A stretch of DNA of 64,000 nt, taken from an uncultured Oscillospiraceae bacterium. Its GTDB lineage: Bacteria; Bacillota; Clostridia; Peptostreptococcales; Anaerovoracaceae. The notes under the pieces are model-generated. The model saw nothing but the letters and a program-made list of their open reading frames with translations, was not told the DNA's origin and ran no database searches. The stretch lies in NCBI GenBank assembly GCA_964438605.1, contig CAYTKT010000005.1, forward strand, positions 2,395-66,394, in the 5' to 3' direction. A program made the translations under genes and the position numbers. Numbering within the stretch: position 1 is the first letter of the stretch; every line of letters begins with the position of its first letter. Below are positions 56,019 through 64,000 of this stretch, in pieces.

Positions 56019-56783
56019 TTATTCCGCCTCCCCGCAGTACCCCGTCTCACACTCCGCGCCGAGGGCATCATCTCTGGCGCCGGTTTCCGCATCTGCCAGG
56101 CACACCGGCATAAAGTCGAGATAATCACAAGACACAAGTCGATACCTGATCCCTCCGAAAATTCCCTGTAACGCAGAATTATGAGCACAGTTTCCATGCA
56201 GATGACCATAAATCACGATTTCCACGCCATACTCCTCCAGAATTTCCGAAAAAGCCGTCTTTTGATTTCTTTTTTCAGCAGGCGGATAATGCATAGCTGC
56301 GATAATTCTCTGAAATCCTGCCTGCTTTGCAGATTCCAGCGACATCCGCAGACGCCCCGTTTCTCTGAGATAAATCTTTTGATCGTGGTCCGTCCATTCT
56401 GCAGATGATTCAGGCAGGCTCCAACCTCTCGTCCCGCAAACGGCAAATTCTCCTGCCTGATAGTAATTATTCTGAAGAAAAATCATGTCATCGTACATTG
56501 CATTCAGTTTGGCAGGCGTCGTCCACCAGAGATCATGATTCCCTTTGAAAAAGAGCTTCGTGCCCGGCAGTTCGTGAATCCAGCGAAAATCCTGTTGTAT
56601 CTCTTTCTGCTTCAATCCCCAGGAAATATCGCCCGGTAGAATGACAATATCCTGCGGTTTAATCGTTTTTATCCAGTTTTCTCTAATCTTAATATGATGA
56701 TTTTTCCACTCCGGTCCAAATACATCCATCGGTTTATCAGAAGAAAAGGACAGATGAAGGTCCGAAATCCCGTAAATTTTCAT
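56019..56783 (-). CDS. calcineurin-like metallophosphoesterase
   Basis: GISDLHL, GDISW, GNHD and GHLH motifs. Confidence 0.8.
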   Translation of the reverse strand: MKIYGISDLHLSFSSDKPMDVFGPEWKNHHIKIRENWIKTIKPQDIVILPGDISWGLKQKEIQQDFRWIHELPGTKLFFKGNHDLWWTTPAKLNAMYDDMIFLQNNYYQAGEFAVCGTRGWSLPESSAEWTDHDQKIYLRETGRLRMSLESAKQAGFQRIIAAMHYPPAEKRNQKTAFSEILEEYGVEIVIYGHLHGNCAHNSALQGIFGGIRYRLVSCDYLDFMPVCLADAETGARDDALGAECETGYCGEAE

Positions 56784-56885
56784 ATTATTTTGTCCATATC
56801 CTCTCCGTCCTCTGCCAGTCCGTCAGTTTCACCGCCGCTGCCGCGTTTCTCACCGTCAGCACTCAGATTTTTGCCGAATACGCCT

Positions 56886-57135
56886 GCACCAGTTGCACAA
56901 AAACATCTCGCCTTGCAAACACAGCCGCACCGACTGCGCAAATATGTCTCATCCCGCAAACACACATGCGCCGACTGTTCCGTCACATCTCATCTCGCAA
57001 ACGCACTCGCACCGACTGTTCCGTCACATCTCATTTCGCAAACGTACCCGCACCGACTGTTCTGTCACATCTCATCTCGCAAACGCACCCGCACCAGTTT
57101 TGCAGTCACATTTCATCTCACAAAAACAGCCATGC
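56886..57135. repeat. about 6 x 41-bp degenerate tandem repeat (intergenic)
   Basis: Unit GTCACATCTCATCTCGCAAACGCACYCGCACCGACTGTTCC, with an exact 41-bp phase at 56982, 57023, 57064 and 57105. Confidence 0.8.
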
Positions 57136-57204
57136 CCCACGCAAACTTCATACCCGAAGCTCACGCGAGGCACACTTTATCTCATCGCTTACCTTCTTCC
57201 GCTG

Positions 57205-57639
57205 CTACTTTCCTTTTTCCGCAAGATTCTGGTTCATCTGTTTGATCAAATCGACAAACAACTCGATCCGTTCCTCCGGTATGCCTTCTACAATCTCATT
57301 GTGAACCACACCGAGACGCCGCGCAATCTCTCTCACCTTCGCCTTACCCATATCTGTAATATAAACGAGAAATGCCCGTCTGTCCTTCTCCGTAGTCTGT
57401 CGGACAACATAACCTCTATTCTCAAGAATATCAAGAATCCTCGCCAGTGTCGCCTGATCCTTATCTACTTTGTGAGACAGACTCTTCTGATTGATTCCAT
57501 CCTGATCCACCAGATTATAAAGCACTACATACTGTTCCAGAGTAATATCATCCCTATCAAGTGCCGCAGACATTTGCCGGCGCATTCTTTTTTGCATGAT
57601 ATACACCAGGTACGTTAGTTCTTCATTAATGTCAAACAT
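57205..57639 (-). CDS. MarR-family transcriptional regulator
   Basis: Winged-helix MarR pattern (LTLEQYVVLYNL..., DRRAFLVYITDMG). The ATG at 57639 has an AGAGGA RBS. Confidence 0.85.
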   Translation of the reverse strand: MFDINEELTYLVYIMQKRMRRQMSAALDRDDITLEQYVVLYNLVDQDGINQKSLSHKVDKDQATLARILDILENRGYVVRQTTEKDRRAFLVYITDMGKAKVREIARRLGVVHNEIVEGIPEERIELFVDLIKQMNQNLAEKGK

Positions 57640-57688
57640 AGAACACATCCTCTTTTTAAAACTTTATCAACAACAAATTATAATCCTT

Positions 57689-59587
57689 TTACTTTTTCTT
57701 TGGAGCTTCAACTTTCTTCATCTTATCTTTTGTCGCTTCCGCAATCTTTCTGAGTTCCGGCTTGGAAACCTTACCGTTATTCAGAAGTGGAAATTCATCG
57801 ACGAACCAGTAGTAGGACGGAATCGACAGCGTAGGAGTTTTGCCGACACAGAATGCTCTCAGTTCTTCCGGCTTCAGAGTGGAACCTTCCTTAAGTCTGC
57901 AGAACGTGCCGACAATTTCACCGTACTTGTAATCCTTTACGCCAATTACATAAGCCTCCTCAACGTCAGGGTGCGATGTGAGAACTTTTTCAACTTCTCC
58001 CGGACTGATATTTTCACCGCTGCGAATGATAATATCCTTAAGTCTGTCACCGATCTTCAGATAGCCATTGTCCAGCAGACTTCCCATATCGCCCGTTCTG
58101 AGCCAGCCGCCGTCAATAAACGTAGCCTTCGTCTTTTCAGGCTCACCCAGATAACCCATCATCAAACTGTATCCTCTGACACAGATTTCACCAGGGCCCT
58201 TCGGGCCGACATCCTCCAGTGTTTCCGGATCGATAAACTTGATTTCAACGCCAGGCATAATTTCACCGACGCTGCTGCCCTTCAACTCAATCGGATCAGA
58301 TGGTTTCGTACCCGACACACAAGGCGACGTTTCCGTCAGACCATAGCAGATAATGATATTCTTCATATGCATGATCTCCTCGATCTCGCGAACCATCTTC
58401 TCCGGACAAGGCGCGCCTGCCGTGATCCCCTTACTCATGCAGGAAACTTCATACTGGCCAGGATTCTTCTTAAGTTCATCGATAAAGCCGATAAACATAG
58501 TCGGTACGCCGCAGACGACCGTGCAGCGTTCTCTCTCGATCATCTTCAAAGATTCCGCCGGCTTGAATCTGCTCGTCAGCACGATCGGCATACCTTTGTG
58601 AATCGAAGGCAGACAGGACGCAACCGAACCGAACGTATGGAAAAGCTGAATCTGCATACACATCTTGTCCTCATGCGTCAAACCCATCTGATTCGCCATC
58701 GTATACGAATTCTCAACGATATTCAGGTGAGACAGCATTACGCCCTTCGGGAAACCCGTACTTCCGGATGTGTAAATGATATACGCCAGATCCTTTACCG
58801 TAAACGCCGCTTTTGCCGCTTCAAGCTGCGTGTCATCCATTTTACGGCCTTCTTCCATCGCCTTGTTAAAATCATATACGCCCGGATAATCAAACTGATC
58901 CGTCGCATCGACGAGAATAACTCTCTTGAGCAGCGGCGCCTTTTCAATCGACAGTTCGCCGTACTTCTGCGTCTTGATCTCAGGATACATATCATCAGCC
59001 AGCATTTCAATATTTTCGTGAACTTTTGCGCCCCGGTACAGGATAAACGTGGAAACCTGAGATCTTCTTACCAGTTCTTCCATACGATCCTGTTTTTCAT
59101 ACGGTGTAAAAGCGATCATGACAGCGCCGATCTTGCTGATTGCGTATGAGGCCGTCAGCGATTCGATGCCATTTGCCATCCACAAACCTATATGATCCCC
59201 CTTCTTAATCCCGATGCTCAGGAGATATTTCGCAAACGCCGTTGAATTATCATTAAACGTCTTGTAATCAATTCTTCTCGTCCCGTCGAAGGAAATCAGC
59301 GCTTCCTGATCCGGATAGAGCTTCGCAGTTTCTTCCAGAACATCACCCACCTTCAGATCGAGCAGCCGTTCAATCTCAGCGTCGTATTCTTTGCCGCCGA
59401 CATTGATCTTCGCAGTATTAACACCGGAAATGAGTTCCTGCTTCTTCGCAAGCTCAGACAGAGCAGCCGTCAATTCTGCGTCAGCTCCTTTCGGGCTGCT
59501 GATTACACTGCCGTCGAGTGCTTTAAACGTCCAAATGCCTTCTTTCAGCGTAATTATGACTTTTCTGCTTTCATCAACAAAACCCAT
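57689..59587 (-). CDS. AMP-forming acyl-CoA synthetase/ligase family protein with about 75-aa N-terminal extension
   Basis: AMP-binding signature IIYTSGSTGFPKGV, with TGD and GKV motifs near the C-terminus. Confidence 0.85.
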   Translation of the reverse strand: MGFVDESRKVIITLKEGIWTFKALDGSVISSPKGADAELTAALSELAKKQELISGVNTAKINVGGKEYDAEIERLLDLKVGDVLEETAKLYPDQEALISFDGTRRIDYKTFNDNSTAFAKYLLSIGIKKGDHIGLWMANGIESLTASYAISKIGAVMIAFTPYEKQDRMEELVRRSQVSTFILYRGAKVHENIEMLADDMYPEIKTQKYGELSIEKAPLLKRVILVDATDQFDYPGVYDFNKAMEEGRKMDDTQLEAAKAAFTVKDLAYIIYTSGSTGFPKGVMLSHLNIVENSYTMANQMGLTHEDKMCMQIQLFHTFGSVASCLPSIHKGMPIVLTSRFKPAESLKMIERERCTVVCGVPTMFIGFIDELKKNPGQYEVSCMSKGITAGAPCPEKMVREIEEIMHMKNIIICYGLTETSPCVSGTKPSDPIELKGSSVGEIMPGVEIKFIDPETLEDVGPKGPGEICVRGYSLMMGYLGEPEKTKATFIDGGWLRTGDMGSLLDNGYLKIGDRLKDIIIRSGENISPGEVEKVLTSHPDVEEAYVIGVKDYKYGEIVGTFCRLKEGSTLKPEELRAFCVGKTPTLSIPSYYWFVDEFPLLNNGKVSKPELRKIAEATKDKMKKVEAPKKK

Positions 59588-59954
59588 ATATGACCTCCTA
59601 TACTTTCTAAATCGACATAAAAAATCAGAATGATTCAGCCCGTGTGCATAGATATAATATGTATGCGCAACATCCTCATTCTGATTATATGCTTCGGCAT
59701 AAATTTTGTCAATTATATGTTTGTAGATATTATGTTTGTTGTCACAATTTTATCAAAAAATCTGCTGACTTCTCCAACGGCCCTGAAACTTTTCCCTAAA
59801 AAATCGTCCAAAAAACCGTTCCGAACCCGTTTCCGACCCCATAGATTTACTGTCCGCTCTCCACTCGTAATCCTGCGGCCTGCAAACTCCAGCTTCAAAC
59901 AAGCAAGTTTCAGACAAGCAACGCCCGTCTCACAATTTTCTTCAAAATTCCAGT

Positions 59955-60746
59955 CTACTTAATCCGCTGAATTTCCCGTATAATATCGTCAAAATCACCA
60001 TCCTGATACTGATCGAAAAACATCTGAATTTGAAGTCTCGTCTTCTTTGACGGGCGAATCCGGTCTATCCGGACCTCCGCCGCGTCAAGGCCCACATCAG
60101 CTACATCGAGATCAAGATCGTCAAGCGTCCAGCACTCAATCGGCATTGTCATCGCCGCACGAATCCCCGCAATCGACATGACGCGCAGACTATACTTTTT
60201 TTTCATATTGCTCAGCACAGCCGGACACTGAGAATCCACCGTGACCATCGTCTGACCGAGATCGCGCATGACGTTCAGTCTGTCACCCTCCTTTGAAAAT
60301 TCACAGACATTTGTCAGATACGGCAGTCCAAGCTGCTCGGCCATCATCGGCCCGACGAAACCCGTCCGCCCGTCCATACTTGCATGACCCGTCAGCACCG
60401 CATCAAAATTGCCGATCTTTCGGATTGCCGCTGCCAGAGCCTTAGACGTTCCGAGAGTATCAGACCCCCGCATCCGCTCGTCATTGACGAGAATCGCCCG
60501 ATCAACACCGAGAGCCAGCGCCTCTCGCAGAATCTCCTCTGTCTTTTCATTTCCAAAGCTGAGCGCCGTAACATGAATATCGTCGCCCATGGCGTCTTTC
60601 ATCGACATTGCAAGCTCCAGCGCGTTGCAGTCGTCAAACGTCAGCATTGCTTCCTCAGGGGTGCGAATCACGACATTCGTGCCTTCCTGCATACTGACAA
60701 GATTTGAGCGCGGCGCCTGCTTGAGCGTAACAACCAGCCTTAACAT
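59955..60746 (-). CDS. electron transfer flavoprotein beta-subunit (EtfB/FixA)-like protein
   Basis: 263 aa. VTLKQAP..., ALELAMSMKD, LSFGNEKTEEILREALALGVDRAILV, and DAVLTGHASMDGRTGFVGPMMAEQLGLPY match the EtfB fold. No EtfA gene is adjacent. Confidence 0.8.
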   Translation of the reverse strand: MLRLVVTLKQAPRSNLVSMQEGTNVVIRTPEEAMLTFDDCNALELAMSMKDAMGDDIHVTALSFGNEKTEEILREALALGVDRAILVNDERMRGSDTLGTSKALAAAIRKIGNFDAVLTGHASMDGRTGFVGPMMAEQLGLPYLTNVCEFSKEGDRLNVMRDLGQTMVTVDSQCPAVLSNMKKKYSLRVMSIAGIRAAMTMPIECWTLDDLDLDVADVGLDAAEVRIDRIRPSKKTRLQIQMFFDQYQDGDFDDIIREIQRIK

Positions 60747-61021
60747 GCCTGAATCCTCTCCAGGGAAACGAGTACATACTGGTCAGGCTCCTCCGGATTA
60801 TAAACGCGAAACCTACCCTCTGCCGGAATCTCATACTCCCCCGACGCATACTTCGCAATCTCCTGCGTTACCCAGGGCATCGGCCACGGTGTTTTCAAAG
60901 GATCTGAAATCATCTCACCCTGCGCGTCAAAAGCGACAACCTGCCCTCTGAGATCACATGGAATACTGTCTACCGCCTTAATCGTAAACATCAATTCCGC
61001 TTGCTTTCCATTCAACTCCAT
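60740..61021 (-). CDS. hypothetical protein (93 aa)
   Basis: Same-strand ORF whose 3' end overlaps the EtfB-like start by 7 nt. No recognisable domain. Confidence 0.5.
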   Translation of the reverse strand: MELNGKQAELMFTIKAVDSIPCDLRGQVVAFDAQGEMISDPLKTPWPMPWVTQEIAKYASGEYEIPAEGRFRVYNPEEPDQYVLVSLERIQAC

Positions 61022-61030
61022 TTTTCCTTC

Positions 61031-61249
61031 CTACTCTCCCTCAGCAGGCTTCGGTCTTCTAAACGAGCCATAATCTACAACGATAGGAGTCAGTTCAAAG
61101 TCAGCCATTTCCCCCTCGACCATATCAAAATCGATGGCTTTATAACGCTGGCACACGGTTCTGCAGCCTGAAGGACACTTTCCACATCCTTCCTTATGCC
61201 CTACCGGTTCAAAATCAATTGTGCCTCTTTCAATTACAACTTTTCCCAT
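61031..61249 (-). CDS. hypothetical Cys-rich small protein (72 aa)
   Basis: Contains CGKCPSGCRTVC (CxxCxxxCxxxC). It is tightly packed between same-strand ORFs, with gaps of 9 and 15 nt. Confidence 0.5.
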   Translation of the reverse strand: MGKVVIERGTIDFEPVGHKEGCGKCPSGCRTVCQRYKAIDFDMVEGEMADFELTPIVVDYGSFRRPKPAEGE

Positions 61250-61264
61250 CTGAAATTCCTCCGT

Positions 61265-62020
61265 TTAGAGCCATCCCGTAAAGTCAGACTCCTCCTCATA
61301 AGCTTCATAAATCACAGCCTGCCACGTGCCGTTCATCGTGTCTTTATTATCAGCGAAAAGTTCCTCAACAGAATCGTACTCCATCGTATCACCAACGTAA
61401 TACATATTAATTTTATTCTTCGTAATCGACCACTTTTTACTCTTATCGTCATACTTAACCATAACGTCGGTGAGCTTCAGGAAAAACTCCTTAACCTGAT
61501 TTTTTTCATACATCTCCGCAAAATCAGCGGCCACAGGATTTTCCATCAGATAATAAACCCTGTTGATTTCCATGTAAAAGCGGTGATTGTCAGGCCTCGT
61601 AGCCGTAAACACGTCGCCAATCTGGCCGACTTTCAGTTCTTTGCCAGCCATTTCGAGAATATGCATCACAGAATCATGCACTTCAATATATAACTCGCCG
61701 TCAATCGTAAAAAACTGTCCCTCTACTTCAAACATATCGTCTTCGAGATAAAAATCGACGTACATCCCGTCCAGTTTCTTAATATTTTCAGGATCAGTTA
61801 CATCAAGTCGTTTGAACTTTGCATATGCATTCATATCTGCAAAACTGTCAATCATTCTAAAAACTTCCTTTCCAGCTAAATTTCCGCATGTGCGGCTGCA
61901 CTCAAACCAAAATCCCACGTTCACGGCTCCGGCTGTTCGCCCTACGCCCGAAGCGATCTGCCATTTCAGCCCTTCTGCCAGCGGCTTGACCATTTCGGTC
62001 TTTCTATCTGCCGCTGCCAT
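61265..62020 (-). CDS. hypothetical acidic protein (196-251 aa depending on start)
   Basis: Long same-strand ORF. The best RBS (GGAAAGGAAG) precedes the internal ATG at 61855. The protein is very acidic and has no recognisable domain. Confidence 0.55.
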   Translation of the reverse strand: MAAADRKTEMVKPLAEGLKWQIASGVGRTAGAVNVGFWFECSRTCGNLAGKEVFRMIDSFADMNAYAKFKRLDVTDPENIKKLDGMYVDFYLEDDMFEVEGQFFTIDGELYIEVHDSVMHILEMAGKELKVGQIGDVFTATRPDNHRFYMEINRVYYLMENPVAADFAEMYEKNQVKEFFLKLTDVMVKYDDKSKKWSITKNKINMYYVGDTMEYDSVEELFADNKDTMNGTWQAVIYEAYEEESDFTGWL

Positions 62021-62032
62021 TCAAGTCTGCCT

Positions 62033-62073
62033 GCGGCGCTGCCCCTGCGCGCTCTGCGCAGGGGCAGCGCCGC
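62033..62073. other. perfect 18-bp GC-rich hairpin
   Basis: GCGGCGCTGCCCCTGCGC-GCTCT-GCGCAGGGGCAGCGCCGC, with a T-run (CTGTTTT) only on the plus-strand side. Confidence 0.8.
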
Positions 62074-62110
62074 CTGTTTTACCAGTCGGCCCGGTCCCAA
62101 CCTTCTCACA

Positions 62111-62932
62111 TCAAAGCTGCGGCACCATAGAAGGATTCTGATAAATATTTCCTTTTAATAACATCTGCTGAACAACCGTAATATCTCCCGGCGACAGCGA
62201 TCCATCATTTGACACCAGCATAAACTGACCCACTTCATCGCTCCACGCAATCTGAACGACATCTTCATACTCGCCGTAAACGAGAATATCACCCTCGTAA
62301 AGCTCCGTACCCTCCGAATCACGCCATCCCGTATTCTGCATCGGAATCAATTCCATCGGCGGATCATTTTTGAGATCGTAAATATACAGCGCGCCAAACG
62401 AAAGATATGCGTAAATCGAGATCATCATATCAGTCTGCGGATCTTTAATATCTTCGGGCATATACATAATCTTTGCGTCAGGATCCCACGCGCGGAACAC
62501 CATATCACGCCTGCGCTCATCAGGATCTGCGTCTCCGTTTTCAAAAATATTGCCTAAAATCTTCATCGCGTCCCCAAGATACGCGCCTCCCGGCGAAACA
62601 AATCCGTCTTCAACTCCGAGCAGCAGATATCCCGCAATCCTCTCGTCCCAGATAATCTGGTACGCCTTCCCGTCAATTTCAACAATATCACCTTCATAAA
62701 CTTCATACTGCTCCTGATCAAACCAGTTCGTACTCTGCATCGGAACAAGTTCCGTAACAGGATTCGTCTTTGTATCCACCAGATGAAGCTTGCCGTCAAT
62801 CAGCTGCCCGAAAATCGTCTTCGGTGCGTTCTCCTCCGTATCAGGTTCCTCCAAATCTTCTGGTGAATACATCTTCCGCTCGACAGGATGCCATGCCCTG
62901 TATTTCCATTCTCTTGTATATTCGTCAGCCAT
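62111..62932 (-). CDS. protein with two tandem YopX-like domains
   Basis: Two copies of the YopX pattern: (W)KYRAWHP..KMY ... PMQSTNWFDQEQYEVYEGDIV ... GNIFEN and VFRAWDPDAKIMY ... PMQNTGWRDSEGTELYEGDIL ... GNIYQNP. Confidence 0.7.
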   Translation of the reverse strand: MADEYTREWKYRAWHPVERKMYSPEDLEEPDTEENAPKTIFGQLIDGKLHLVDTKTNPVTELVPMQSTNWFDQEQYEVYEGDIVEIDGKAYQIIWDERIAGYLLLGVEDGFVSPGGAYLGDAMKILGNIFENGDADPDERRRDMVFRAWDPDAKIMYMPEDIKDPQTDMMISIYAYLSFGALYIYDLKNDPPMELIPMQNTGWRDSEGTELYEGDILVYGEYEDVVQIAWSDEVGQFMLVSNDGSLSPGDITVVQQMLLKGNIYQNPSMVPQL

Positions 62933-63319
62933 TTCCTTTTCCTCCGTTCTCTCCGAAAACAGACACGTCTGGCCGGCACACGACCACTCCCGCCGAACAT
63001 CATCCGTTTTTTTCCGCTGTCCCGCCTGGCAATCTGATTTCTTCCCTATACTAAATTATATTACAACTTTTAAAAATTTCCACTATATATGTATTAATAC
63101 CCGTTTTCCACGAATCTATTTACTGAAAATATACTTTCAACGCCAAACCGCGTCTTCACGCTCAGCCTGTATGCACTTTCCGCAACTCTATTCACCAAAA
63201 ATACACTTAAATGTCTAAGCCGTTTTCATCTGCCCAACTCTGCACCATACTTTCCGTAAATTTCTACATTCGAGCGCCCGAACCGCTTTCATCTGTCCGG
63301 CCCGCGCAAATCCACAAAT

Positions 63320-64000
63320 CTATTTGCCAAAAGTGCACTTTGGCCAGACACAAACTTCACACTGCATACACAGCCCGCCTACTCCGAAATTTACAATATC
63401 CCTGCGCTCAATGCGCTCACCGGCGAAAATCCGCGGCAGCAACAGATCAACCACCGTCGTCCGGAAAAACATTCCGCAGGCCGGAACGCCAAAAATCGGA
63501 ATATCCCCAAGATACGCCATCATAAACATAGCTCCCGGCAGTGCCGCCGCCCCATACTTGACAATTTCGGCTCCGGTTTTTTTAATTGCCGTCGGCGTCA
63601 TATCGTCCGGATCCACAGACATGCCACCCGTCGTAAATATGACATCGGCCCCTTTTTCCTTCAATTCAAGAATCTTTCCGGAAATAATATCCAGATCGTC
63701 CGGTGCATAAGTAATTTCAAGGATCTCCGATCCGTAATTTTCTACTTTCTGCGTAATGACAGGTGCAAACGCATCGGGAATCCTGTTGTAAAAGACTTCG
63801 CTTCCCGTAATGACACAACCGACCTTCTTCTTCTGATACGGCAACACGCGAATTACACCTTCGCTTGCGGCGCATATCTCCTCAGCTGCCTTAATATCTG
63901 CCTCATCGACGACGAGCGGAATCACCTTCGTGCCCGCCAGCATCTGACCCCTCTGAACCGGCGTATTATTCGGCAGCGTTGCACAGATTACCAGCGGACG
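63320..64000 (-). CDS. molybdopterin-binding (MoCF_biosynth/MoaB-MogA-like) domain protein, 5' end outside window
   Basis: DVIFTTGGMSVDPDDMTP is the MoCF-binding motif. The frame stays open to the window edge (RPLVICATLPNNTPVQRGQ precedes the first Met). Confidence 0.7.
   Translation of the reverse strand, partial: RPLVICATLPNNTPVQRGQMLAGTKVIPLVVDEADIKAAEEICAASEGVIRVLPYQKKKVGCVITGSEVFYNRIPDAFAPVITQKVENYGSEILEITYAPDDLDIISGKILELKEKGADVIFTTGGMSVDPDDMTPTAIKKTGAEIVKYGAAALPGAMFMMAYLGDIPIFGVPACGMFFRTTVVDLLLPRIFAGERIERRDIVNFGVGGLCMQCEVCVWPKCTFGK

Noticed and set aside
60740-62932. Prophage or defence island around the YopX gene.
   Set aside because: No integrase, terminase, capsid, tail, repressor or att-like repeats are present. 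No nuclease, helicase or methylase genes typical of defence systems are present either. Composition is similar to the flanks.

Overview
About 50% GC chromosomal window, typical of Firmicutes (Clostridia-like), with roughly 45 protein genes, most on the minus strand. I recognised no rRNA, tRNA or CRISPR array.

Gene content, in order:
- Housekeeping block greA-dus-coaX-ftsH-tilS. No hpt lies between tilS and ftsH.
- TatD-family hydrolase and metG.
- A MalT-like STAND/LuxR regulator.
- Envelope genes: wecB and a WecA/TagO-family transferase.
- dCMP deaminase and truA.
- An orphan A24 prepilin peptidase followed by an unknown 330-aa protein.
- thiE (fused to a HAD phosphatase) and thiD.
- Sortase B.
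- A decayed IS200/IS605 tnpA.
- A CDF exporter.
- A CAP-domain pseudogene and a DUF1294 protein.
- The pyrimidine operon pyrC-pyrF-pyrK-pyrD-pyrE.
- An MscS channel.
- A 1647-aa SLH-anchored surface protein.
- A CIRCE operator and hsp20.
- Flavodoxin and DUF3793.
- Two small membrane proteins, then larE-larB-larC.
- An OFA-type MFS transporter and an HxlR regulator.
- A second MalT-like/LuxR regulator.
- deoB and a metallophosphoesterase.
- MarR and an AMP-ligase.
- An operon of an orphan EtfB-like gene, three unknown ORFs and a tandem-YopX protein.
- A partial MoCF-domain gene at the window edge.

I see no clear-cut known defence or mobile island. The best candidates for something new are:
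1. A G11 homopolymer that sits exactly in the -35/-10 spacer upstream of the giant SLH protein, a possible phase switch.
2. An orphan unit made of a perfect consensus promoter, 6.5 tandem 78-nt repeats and an intrinsic terminator, with no credible ORF.
3. The EtfB-like/Cys-rich/acidic/tandem-YopX operon, which lacks EtfA.
4. A recurrent pattern of degenerate tandem repeats, both in intergenic spacers and as in-frame insertions in housekeeping enzymes (pyrK, the tagO-like gene).

All functional calls come from motif recognition by eye. No database searches were run.
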